Shown here in pieces: positions 1 to 7,918 of a DNA stretch of 32,137 bases. Both the position numbers and the translations under genes were made by a program. Source of the stretch: Polyangiales bacterium (GTDB lineage Bacteria > Myxococcota_A > Polyangia > Polyangiales > Houyiibacteriaceae). The DNA lies in NCBI GenBank assembly GCA_045106895.1, contig JBGCFM010000228.1:1-32137 (forward strand), read 5' to 3'. Under the pieces are notes generated by a model. The model saw only the letters and a list, made by a program, of their open reading frames with translations, searched no databases and was not told the DNA's origin. The first letter of the stretch is position 1, and each line of letters starts with the position of its first letter.

Positions 1-165
1 GAGCTCTTCTCCATCGCTGAATCGTTGAAGGCACGACGCCGCGGTCTCCAGCGCTTCGGACGTCGGCTCCGTCGATGTCCCCTGGGCTTGCCCAGGGGAA
101 GACCACGCGCTGAGGGCGCCGAGGAGAACGAGAACGATCGGCGTACGTACGTACAGCATCGGCAT
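1..165 (-). CDS. 5' part of a secreted hypothetical protein (runs off the window start)
   Basis: Hand-translated, not in the ORF track: ATG at 165 opens MPMLYVRTPIVLVLLGALSAWSSPGQAQGTSTEPTSEALETAASCLQRFSDGEEL with no stop to position 1. Signal-peptide-like N-terminus; co-directional with 209..751. Confidence 0.6.
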   Translation of the reverse strand, partial: MPMLYVRTPIVLVLLGALSAWSSPGQAQGTSTEPTSEALETAASCLQRFSDGEEL

Positions 166-208
166 CTTTTACGTCTTGCGGAGGACCAAGCTTCCTTGCT
201 TCGATCAG

Positions 209-751
209 TCAGTTCACGAAGAGCGAGAGCGTACTCGTTCCCGTAAGCGTCTCGTCGCGTACGGTGATGGTCTGGGTGAACGTTCCGCCATCGTCGATGG
301 GGTCGAAGAGCTGGCGGTCCAGCACCCAGTAGTCGCCTTGGCGTTCAAAAATGAGGGAGCTCGTGTAGTTCATGCTTACGCCGGAGTAGCTAACCTGCAT
401 GCAGCGCTCGGTGCCTTCCGGTTCGCTGTCCATCGCCGCGTCTAGCCGGATTCGCGTCGACACCATGTCCGAGCCCTGCGCCCCACGAATACGCCCCACG
501 GTGTCGCCGGAGACCAGCGGAGCCGCGGGTACTCCCGTGTCTTCCCACTCGCCGTCGACGTCGAAGACCTCGATGTCCCGCGTGATGGTGCCGTTCGCTT
601 CGGCGGTGCAGTTGGGGCTGGGAGGTTGTGGGTTGTCGCAGTCGTTGCAACAAATGCACGCAGCGGAGAGCAGCATCGTCGGGACCACGCAGCCGATCAA
701 GGTCAGCGTGCCTAGGTTCTTCCACATTCGTTTGCTCTTACTCATACCCAT
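209..751 (-). CDS. Hypothetical lipoprotein
   Basis: Basic N-terminus, hydrophobic stretch, LSAAC lipobox-like motif, CICCNDC cluster, then a beta-rich acidic domain. Start could also be 745 or 727. Confidence 0.65.
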   Translation of the reverse strand: MGMSKSKRMWKNLGTLTLIGCVVPTMLLSAACICCNDCDNPQPPSPNCTAEANGTITRDIEVFDVDGEWEDTGVPAAPLVSGDTVGRIRGAQGSDMVSTRIRLDAAMDSEPEGTERCMQVSYSGVSMNYTSSLIFERQGDYWVLDRQLFDPIDDGGTFTQTITVRDETLTGTSTLSLFVN

Positions 752-857
752 CTCGAATAAGCGAATACGGGGCGGCCGTCTACCAAACCTTCAGCGGGCG
801 GCGTCCCAGAAGACGCCCCTCGCAGGAATACGTCTTTTGCCTTAGCGTTTCAGAGAC

Positions 858-1478
858 GTGGCCCGCCAACTCATGTGTTTGTGTCTCTGTCTGTGTCTCT
901 GCGTCAGCGCGGCCTGCAGCATCGGCGGTCCTCCCGAGCCGTCGAGGACGACGCCTCGTATGGAGCCGCCGCCTGCGGGCGCGTACGGCACCCTCTCGCG
1001 AAACCGTGAACACGGAACACTCATGCGCGACCCTGTTCGCGACGAGCTCCGCGAGATACTGATGCCCTGCCAGCGACGTCTCGACCGCATGCGCGATGAG
1101 CGCTTGGGCGAGCGACGACGCGAGCGCATCCTCTCCGTCATCGCCATGATGCTGCAGACGGTTCAGCTCTCGCGTTTCGATGGCGCGCAGAACAACCCCG
1201 CGGGCGCGCAATGCACCGGCGGAACCCTCGACCGAAACTGCGCGATGGCGCAGGAACGTCAGTTCGGCTTTCGCTTCGGCGGACCCAACGAGGATGTAGT
1301 CGGTGAGCAGGTCCTCCCGGAACGCGCCATCGACGGTGCCGTGGAAGCCGTCGACTCGGTTCTGTGGGCCACCCCCGACTCGAACGACTGGAATGAAGAA
1401 GAGCGTGAGACCTACAACACAAGGCGCGACAACTTGGTGCGCTTGTGCGAGCAGCTAAGGCGCGCCGAAGGCGAGTGA
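858..1478 (+). CDS. Hypothetical lipoprotein
   Basis: Signal peptide ending VSAAC-S, Pro-rich tether, helical domain with four further Cys. Divergent from 209..751. Confidence 0.6.
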   Translation: MARQLMCLCLCLCLCVSAACSIGGPPEPSRTTPRMEPPPAGAYGTLSRNREHGTLMRDPVRDELREILMPCQRRLDRMRDERLGERRRERILSVIAMMLQTVQLSRFDGAQNNPAGAQCTGGTLDRNCAMAQERQFGFRFGGPNEDVVGEQVLPERAIDGAVEAVDSVLWATPDSNDWNEEERETYNTRRDNLVRLCEQLRRAEGE

Positions 1479-1491
1479 GGGCTCACCTTCG
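1466..1491. terminator. Hairpin between convergent genes
   Basis: CGAAGGCGAG (1466-1475) pairs with CTCACCTTCG (1482-1491) with one mismatch. No U-tract. Confidence 0.3.
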
Positions 1492-1512
1492 CGACTTCAA
1501 CGTTCGCGCTGT

Positions 1513-2544
1513 TCAATCACACGTTGGCGCGGTGAACTCGTCGATGGGCTCGTAGACCTCACACACCGTGCTCCGCCCACTCTCACGGCACCCGTCCGCT
1601 CCGGCCGTGCACGGCTGCACGCAGCCATCCTCGTAACATCGTGCGACGCCGGGGCAGTCGGCGTCGCTCCTGCATCCAGCGCACCGACCGTTCGCGCACA
1701 CCAAGGACAGCGCGCACTCGTCGTCGTTCGTGCACGCCGGCCGACAAACTCCGCCACTGCAGTACTCGTCGCATCCGCACTCGTCGTCGGCGGCGCAGGG
1801 CGCGCAGAAACCCTCGGCGCACACGAGGGCGCCCGGGCAGTCTTCGTTCGTGTCGCAGGTGCAGTCGCCCGCCACGCAGGTCTGGCCAGCTCCGCATCCG
1901 CCAACGTCCTCGAGGCAGGCATCGCAGTCACTTCGTGAAGGTCCGGGGAAAGGCAAGACGCCGTCACAAAGAACGTCGACAAAGGACTCCACGCTGACCT
2001 GACAGCCAAGTCGCGCAAAACGGCTCGACGGCCTATCACCGGCGACCACGCGCGTTGTCTCTGTCGCAACAAAACGGGAACACAACGCGGCATCTTGGAT
2101 GCAGGTGAGCCCACACGCGCCGCGATGGCAAATCGCTTCGCCCTCGCAGTCCTCATTCGTCACGCATCGGGTCTCACAATGCCCGGCGACGCACACTTCG
2201 GCGCCGCACTCCGCGTCGGAAAAGCAAGCGCGACACTCCCCGTCGACGCACGCTTCATCTCCGCACTCAGCGTTGGTCGTACAGACCGGCACACATTCAT
2301 CGCCTTGTCGCCGAGTGCCGTCCGGGCATGAGATCTCACAGGACCCACTGCGGCATTCGGAGCCCGCGGCGCACGGCATAGACGGACCGCACTCGACGGG
2401 CGTCTCGGTGCAAACTCCAGACGTACAAACTTCTCCGGCGCTGCAATCTGCGGCACGGGTGCAAGCCGGCGCTGGTCCGCCTGTCTCCGTGAAGCACCCG
2501 ACGATGAGGGTTGCGGCGGCTAGGAGTACGTTTCTCACGTTCAT
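1513..2544 (-). CDS. Cys-rich repeat lipoprotein (myxobacterial C-x5-C-x4/5-C-x4-C modules)
   Basis: MNVRNVLLAAATLIVGC lipobox; 53 Cys in 343 aa by hand count, in repeats such as CTRAADCSAGEVCTSGVC and CDTNEDCPGALVCAEGFC. Confidence 0.85.
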   Translation of the reverse strand: MNVRNVLLAAATLIVGCFTETGGPAPACTRAADCSAGEVCTSGVCTETPVECGPSMPCAAGSECRSGSCEISCPDGTRRQGDECVPVCTTNAECGDEACVDGECRACFSDAECGAEVCVAGHCETRCVTNEDCEGEAICHRGACGLTCIQDAALCSRFVATETTRVVAGDRPSSRFARLGCQVSVESFVDVLCDGVLPFPGPSRSDCDACLEDVGGCGAGQTCVAGDCTCDTNEDCPGALVCAEGFCAPCAADDECGCDEYCSGGVCRPACTNDDECALSLVCANGRCAGCRSDADCPGVARCYEDGCVQPCTAGADGCRESGRSTVCEVYEPIDEFTAPTCD

Positions 2545-2604
2545 CCACTCGCCCTATGCCACCAGCAATCGCCGTGCAAGATCGCGGAACGCGAGCCGCG
2601 GCGC

Positions 2605-4236
2605 CTACTCCTCTTCGGGGGGGGCCTCTTCTTCGAGGGCCTGCTCGACCACCGCATTCGGGTCCGGCGGCAGCACCTCGAGCGCTTCGCGGATCTTTCC
2701 GCGCACACACGCGTAGCAGTGGACCCGGCGTCCTCGGCGTCGGCAGCGGCCGGCGTCTTCCCAGCGCTGGATGCTCGGACGCCCAAGGCCACTCCCAATC
2801 TCGATGAGGCCTTCGAGGGCTTCACGCCGTTCGCCGCAGGTCTGCGAAGTCTCCAGGATCGCTACGCCACGCATCGCTACAAGGACCTCGTCGGCGGGTT
2901 CGAAATCCAGGACAAAGAGCGCCGCCTGACGACGAACGTCTTGGTCGTCGTTGTGCAGCATGATGTCCTGCTGGCGACTTAGCTCCTGCACCAACGTCTC
3001 GTGCCGCGCCAACTCGTACATCGCCTGGAGCTGTTCTTCTTCGCTGCGCGCTTCATCTTCGGCAGAAGGCCCCATCGAGAGAGCGACGCCGCCGACAATC
3101 CCCGTCAAGAGAAGGGCCGTGATGGCGAACACCGCGACCGCGCGCCAAGGGCCGCTCGTTGCGCTTCCTTCGCCACCGCGCATCGAGTCGACGGCGGGCG
3201 CGCGCGTGGGCGTGCGGCGATCGTTCGGGACGCCATGAGCGGGCGTAAGATGCTGCAGGTTGTCGAGGTTGCTGGTCCGAGCGAGGAGGGCGAGGTTGCG
3301 GAGCGCGTCCCGGACGACGGCGGCATTCTCCGGGCGGCTCGCGGGTTGCCGCGAGAGGAGCTGGTCGATGAGCGTTTGCAGTTCCGGCGGCGTGGTCTCG
3401 TCCCCCGTGTGACCCACGATGCGTGCCGTCAGGTTTCCGGACAGCTGCTGCGTCACGATGTCCGTGAGGTCGTCGCTGTCAAAGAGACTTCGCCCCGTCA
3501 CCATCTCCCAGAGGAGCACGCCAAGGGAGTAGAGGTCGGCGCGCTCGTCCGTCGCCTCGGCAAGTGCCTGCTCAGGCGCCATGTAGCCGGGGGTACCAAC
3601 GATGGCGCCGATGCGCGTGATGGCGCGCGCGCTCCCCTGAGGCGCGCTCCGCGTCGTCCCGCCGAGTTCGGTCTCCCCGTGAATCTGAGCGATGCCAAAG
3701 TCGAGAACGAGGGCGAGCTCGGAGCCATCGTCGCGCTCCTCGATCATCACGTTTTCAGGCTTCAGGTCCCGGTGAACGATACCTGCCTGGTGCGCCGCCG
3801 AGAGCGCGTCGGCGACCTGCGCGCCGATGCTGCAGGTGCGCTGCCACGACATGCCGCCTTCGGCGATAAGCATCTCCTCGACGGAGCGTCCCTTCACCAA
3901 CTGCATCACCAGATAGGCGCCTCCGTCGGGCAAGGAGCCGAAGTCCATGGCGCCGGCGACGTGCGGATGGTCCAGTCGACCCGTCGCCATCGCTTCTCTC
4001 TGAAAGCGCGCGCTGACTTCACCGTCGCTCGCATACTGCGGAAGGATCGTCTTGAAGGCGACGCGTTTATGAAGGGTCAGGTGTTGGGCGGCGTACACAG
4101 CCCCCATGCCTCCTTCGCCAATCTTCTCTTGGACGCGGTAGCGGTCGTCGACGACGCGTCCTTCCCACGACAGAACCGGCGCGTCGACGGTCGTCCGCGC
4201 TTCGGCGTTGCCGAGGGGCTGAAAGTCGTCGCTCAT
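2605..4236 (-). CDS. Transmembrane Hanks-type Ser/Thr protein kinase with extracytoplasmic helical Cys-containing domain
   Basis: GEGGMG, VAFK, HRDLKPEN, DFG, GTPGYMAPE, DLYSLG motifs; TM helix AVAVFAITALLLTGIVGGVAL. Start set at ATG 4236 (ATGA overlap with the PilZ stop), not 4398. Confidence 0.93.
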   Translation of the reverse strand: MSDDFQPLGNAEARTTVDAPVLSWEGRVVDDRYRVQEKIGEGGMGAVYAAQHLTLHKRVAFKTILPQYASDGEVSARFQREAMATGRLDHPHVAGAMDFGSLPDGGAYLVMQLVKGRSVEEMLIAEGGMSWQRTCSIGAQVADALSAAHQAGIVHRDLKPENVMIEERDDGSELALVLDFGIAQIHGETELGGTTRSAPQGSARAITRIGAIVGTPGYMAPEQALAEATDERADLYSLGVLLWEMVTGRSLFDSDDLTDIVTQQLSGNLTARIVGHTGDETTPPELQTLIDQLLSRQPASRPENAAVVRDALRNLALLARTSNLDNLQHLTPAHGVPNDRRTPTRAPAVDSMRGGEGSATSGPWRAVAVFAITALLLTGIVGGVALSMGPSAEDEARSEEEQLQAMYELARHETLVQELSRQQDIMLHNDDQDVRRQAALFVLDFEPADEVLVAMRGVAILETSQTCGERREALEGLIEIGSGLGRPSIQRWEDAGRCRRRGRRVHCYACVRGKIREALEVLPPDPNAVVEQALEEEAPPEEE

Positions 4237-4589
4237 GCGCCGGCCCCAAAGTCGAGGGTGTGCACGAAGTCGTGGAGCGCGGCGGCAGCACTCGGAGCGA
4301 GCCCGTCGAAGCGAACGCCAAAGCCACGCGGGCCCTGGCTCGCCTTGATCCCGTCGTTCACCCAGCGCACCTCGCACTCGATCTTCAGTGGGTCCCACGC
4401 CGAAGGAGAGTGGAGTTCCAAGTACACCAACGTGCCGACACTCGGCGGTCGCTCACACGTAATGAATGCGCCGCTCACACCGATGTCCGCGGTTTTGCCT
4501 CGCTGCTCCAGGGCCGCGCCAGTGCGAAAGCGAACGGGCAGCACAATGCTGCGCCGCGTGTCCGCTCTGAAGTGCTCTGATTCGACCAT
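4233..4589 (-). CDS. Stand-alone PilZ domain protein
   Basis: RADTR (RxxxR), DIGVSG (variant of D/NxSxxG), followed by EVRWV and GFGVRF typical of PilZ. Confidence 0.88.
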   Translation of the reverse strand: MVESEHFRADTRRSIVLPVRFRTGAALEQRGKTADIGVSGAFITCERPPSVGTLVYLELHSPSAWDPLKIECEVRWVNDGIKASQGPRGFGVRFDGLAPSAAAALHDFVHTLDFGAGA

Positions 4590-4734
4590 CCGGGACGGAA
4601 GATACCACCGAATCTAGGGAGTTTTCATGCTTGTTCCTCATAAAGAGCAGGGCGGGCAGAATCCGCATGCGACGGAAACCCCTTGAAAGTGAGGTGTTCG
4701 CAGAGATGGCCGCGGCGCCTCGGACTGCTATGAA

Positions 4735-5616
4735 GTGCTCGTGTCGACGAAAGACCCAGTAGAACGCCAGCTCGCTCACCAGATGGGGCGGTGCATCGCT
4801 GACTTTCGTCTCATCGAAGATGGCGATCGCGTGATGGTCTGTTTGTCCGGCGGCAAGGACAGCTACGCCCTGGCGCACCTCCTTGAGCGCGCACGACGCC
4901 GCGCTCCCATCAGTTTCTCGCTTGTGATGGTCCATCTCGATCAGGGTCACCCTGGCTACAACGGCGCCCCGCTCGAGAACTGGATGAAGGAGCGCAAGTT
5001 CGAGTATGAGATCGTGCGCCGGGACACGTACTCCGTGGTCAAGCGCAACATCCCGGAGGGCAAGACCACCTGCTCGCTTTGCTCGCGCCTCCGCCGCGGC
5101 GTCCTCTACGATGTCGCGAGCCGCCTCGAGTGCACCAAGATCGCGCTAGGTCACCACGGAGATGACGCCGTCGAGACTCTGCTCATGAACATGATGTTCA
5201 ATGGCTCCCTCGGCGCGATGCCGCCGAAGCTCATCAGCGACGACAAACGACACACCGTCATCCGTCCGCTTATGTACTGCCAAGAGAAAGACCTCGCGGC
5301 GTTCTCGACGATTCAGAACTTCCCGATTCTGCCCTGCGACCTCTGTGGCTCGCAGCCCAATCTTTGGCGCCAAGAAGTGAAGAAGATGGTCAGCGACCTA
5401 GAGAAGCGCGTGCCTCAGGTGCGCCAGTCCATGGTCGCAGCCCTCGGCAACGTTCGGCCTACGCACCTGATGGACCGCACGCTCCTCGAGGCTGCTGGGG
5501 TTGCAACGGGGCAGGTCGAGCTTGGCGAAACGGGCGCGGAGCCAGCCGCCGGAACACCCGCTCCGGCGCCCGTCGACAAACCCACCGACGAGCGTCGACT
5601 CCTTCCTGTCTTGTAG
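4735..5616 (+). CDS. ttcA: tRNA 2-thiocytidine(32) synthetase TtcA
   Basis: PP-loop SGGKDS, TCSLCSRLRRG, IALGHH, GSLGAMPPKL, VIRPL, PCDLCGSQ (two CxxC motifs). GTG start. Confidence 0.93.
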   Translation: MLVSTKDPVERQLAHQMGRCIADFRLIEDGDRVMVCLSGGKDSYALAHLLERARRRAPISFSLVMVHLDQGHPGYNGAPLENWMKERKFEYEIVRRDTYSVVKRNIPEGKTTCSLCSRLRRGVLYDVASRLECTKIALGHHGDDAVETLLMNMMFNGSLGAMPPKLISDDKRHTVIRPLMYCQEKDLAAFSTIQNFPILPCDLCGSQPNLWRQEVKKMVSDLEKRVPQVRQSMVAALGNVRPTHLMDRTLLEAAGVATGQVELGETGAEPAAGTPAPAPVDKPTDERRLLPVL

Positions 5617-5633
5617 CTCGTCGTGATCGCTTA

Positions 5634-6242
5634 CTAGCGCGCCGGACACGCCGCGGAAATGGCGGCCCAATCCAGTGCACTTGCGACCTGGGTCAGAGTA
5701 TTCATCGGTGCCGCCCACACGCGTACCTGGCAGCGATCGTTGACCCAAACCTGAAGCTCCGGGGGCGGACCTGCGCCTCGTGTCGCGGGGTGATCCGCCA
5801 CTGATGCGCGCGCGTCACCGCCCGCGACAGCCTGACTCTGCAGCGTCTCGCCCATCCCAGCTTCGCAGGAACAAACGTGGACCAAGTCGACGATCTGCAC
5901 GCCGACGCGCGCATCACCTTCTTCATAGAACGCGAGGACTGAAGGCGACCAATGACCCGCCGCGCCGCGTGGCCAGTTTGAGCTTTCGGTGCGTGTGAGT
6001 CCTTCGGCGGACGCGGGGAGGGCGGCGGCGAGAGCTTCCAGGTTACTCACGACATCTTCGCCCGCCACGCTGGGCGCGACGCCGCCGCCCATGTCGGAGT
6101 TGACGCTCGCCGTAAGAACGGGGCAGGGGTCTTCCGCGTTGTTCGCCCGTGCCGACTCTTCAACTTCGTTCGTCGCGCGGGTCGTGGGGGCTTCGGCGCC
6201 AGAGCATGCGAGGAGAAAAGAGGAGAGGAAAACGATGCGCAT
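5634..6242 (-). CDS. Hypothetical lipoprotein
   Basis: MRIVFLSSFLLAC lipobox, low-complexity tether, compact domain with several Cys. Confidence 0.7.
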   Translation of the reverse strand: MRIVFLSSFLLACSGAEAPTTRATNEVEESARANNAEDPCPVLTASVNSDMGGGVAPSVAGEDVVSNLEALAAALPASAEGLTRTESSNWPRGAAGHWSPSVLAFYEEGDARVGVQIVDLVHVCSCEAGMGETLQSQAVAGGDARASVADHPATRGAGPPPELQVWVNDRCQVRVWAAPMNTLTQVASALDWAAISAACPAR

Positions 6243-6290
6243 CCCTCACCATAACGCACACATCCTTAAAACCGAGCTAACCTTGCGGCC

Positions 6291-7169
6291 GTGGAGGACA
6301 GCTCAGATACCCGCGCAGACATCGCATGGCACCTCAACCACACAAGCCAAGCCGAGCGCGTCGTCATCGGACGCTTTCGCCGCCACACCGTTGGCAGCCG
6401 CATCGGCAACATCGTCGACAAGGTCGTCGATGAATTCACGGGGCCAGAACACAGCGAGGGCACAGCGGGCCGAGACGCTCCCCGCGGCATGCGAATCTGG
6501 GTCTACGCGAACGGCGAGTGCATTCACGACCTGGAAGTACACCCCATCAAAGACGACTTCGAGGCTGCGCTTCTGCCCCTCGTGGTCCAGACGGCGCGTC
6601 GTCTTGGCGCATCCTTCGAAGTCTACGTCGACGCGGACGCCGTGTTCTCCCTCGACAAAAGCTGGTGGCGTCCGCCTGGCGGCTACCGCGACGCCCCGCT
6701 GAAAAACGACCTCCCGGCGCTGCCCGACGAGCACTACGCGTGGACCGAAGACGGCATGAGCTACGCGCGACGCTGGCCGCCTTCGTTTCTCTTCATGCCC
6801 ATCGTGGTGCTCCTCGGCGTGAGCGGCTTTCCCCTCGTCGCGCTCCTGATGTTGATCCCTGACACGCGCCGCGCCCTCGTCGGACTGACAAAGCGCGTGT
6901 TCCTCGGCTCCAAGGTGCACTGGAAATGGTCGCGAGCCGGCACGTGGAACATCGAGATCCAAGACGACGACGGGCCTAGGTCGATCTCTCTCGAGCCGAA
7001 GAACGTACTCCTCTTCCTCCCGATGCCTTCGCGCTGGACCTCGCCCGCCGGCGACTGCCGCGTCCTTTGGGCTGTCCGCGAAGGCGACGCCGTGGAGGTT
7101 CCCCTAGCGATGCAAATGGATGCGCGCTTTGCGGCCGGAATCCTCGCGGAGAAGGCCCGCAGCGCATGA
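6291..7169 (+). CDS. Hypothetical membrane protein
   Basis: GTG start; hydrophobic segment FLFMPIVVLLGVSGFPLVALLMLI; stop overlaps the next start (ATGA). Confidence 0.7.
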   Translation: MEDSSDTRADIAWHLNHTSQAERVVIGRFRRHTVGSRIGNIVDKVVDEFTGPEHSEGTAGRDAPRGMRIWVYANGECIHDLEVHPIKDDFEAALLPLVVQTARRLGASFEVYVDADAVFSLDKSWWRPPGGYRDAPLKNDLPALPDEHYAWTEDGMSYARRWPPSFLFMPIVVLLGVSGFPLVALLMLIPDTRRALVGLTKRVFLGSKVHWKWSRAGTWNIEIQDDDGPRSISLEPKNVLLFLPMPSRWTSPAGDCRVLWAVREGDAVEVPLAMQMDARFAAGILAEKARSA

Positions 7170-7909
7170 CAAAAAGTCCGAAACCGAGTCCACAGGTTCT
7201 CTTCATCCACGGACTTGAAGGCCACCCGAATGGCTCCAAGGTGCGCATGCTCCGCAGCCAAGGTTTCGACGTGCGTGCCGAGAACATGCACATGTCGCTC
7301 ACGCAGATGCGCAAACGAAACTCCGCCGTGCGTAACCTGTTCCGGCTCCCCGAGGTGCGCGCCATCTTCGTGTTCTTCGCCGCGGTGATCGTCGCGAGCA
7401 GCGCGCTTCGCTTTCCAGCCATCTCGCTTGTATCGGTCGCCGGCTGGGCATGGCTTTTCTTCCGGCGACGCGCACTCCTCGCCGCCGCCTTGGGCAAGAG
7501 CTTCGTCCGGTGTGTTGCGATTCAGCGAAAAGCGATCCTGCACGACGCGCCGGATATCCTCATCGGGTCTTCTTGGGGGGGCGCCGTCGCCGCCGAACTC
7601 ATCGCGTCCGGCGTCTGGGCTGGCCCCACGATTCTTCTCGCGCCGGCCGTCGCGCGAGTCAGCGAAGGGGCACGTCGAAACGACCTCGCGAAGACTAAGG
7701 CCGCACTTCATGCCGCCGCCACGCGCGCCCGTGTCGTCATCTTTCACGACCCGAGTGACAGCGTGGTCCCTCACGAAGACAGCGTCAGCCTCGCGCGCGA
7801 CTCCTCCATCGATTTGCGCTCCGTGGACGCCGGTGGGCACCGGCTCTTGGCGCTCCTCGAAGGCGGAGAACTCGGCGAGACCATTCGCGCGCTCATGCCG
7901 GAAGCCTAA
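7166..7909 (+). CDS. Alpha/beta hydrolase (YqiA/UPF0227-like) with inserted hydrophobic hairpin
   Basis: VLFIHGLEG, nucleophile elbow GSSWGG, ILLAPA, HDPSDSVVP (acid), GHRL (His). Start at ATG 7166. Confidence 0.8.
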   Translation: MTKSPKPSPQVLFIHGLEGHPNGSKVRMLRSQGFDVRAENMHMSLTQMRKRNSAVRNLFRLPEVRAIFVFFAAVIVASSALRFPAISLVSVAGWAWLFFRRRALLAAALGKSFVRCVAIQRKAILHDAPDILIGSSWGGAVAAELIASGVWAGPTILLAPAVARVSEGARRNDLAKTKAALHAAATRARVVIFHDPSDSVVPHEDSVSLARDSSIDLRSVDAGGHRLLALLEGGELGETIRALMPEA

Positions 7910-7918
7910 AGCGTTGGC

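Noticed and set aside
142..155. CGTA tetramer repeat / palindrome (CGTACGTACGTAC)
   Set aside because: Three units inside a probable signal-peptide coding region; too short to support a function.
4237..4398. N-terminal extension of the kinase in the ORF track
   Set aside because: It overlaps the PilZ gene in another frame; the ATGA-coupled start at 4236 is more plausible. The same logic was used to trim starts 7067, 11991, 21938, 25256 and 30515.
3001..4617. 538-aa plus-strand ORF, and similar long antisense ORFs (8357..9601, 10835..11920, 22016..22996, 27580..28509)
   Set aside because: They shadow well-supported genes on the opposite strand, are Arg/Ala-rich with no motifs, and are expected in high-GC DNA.
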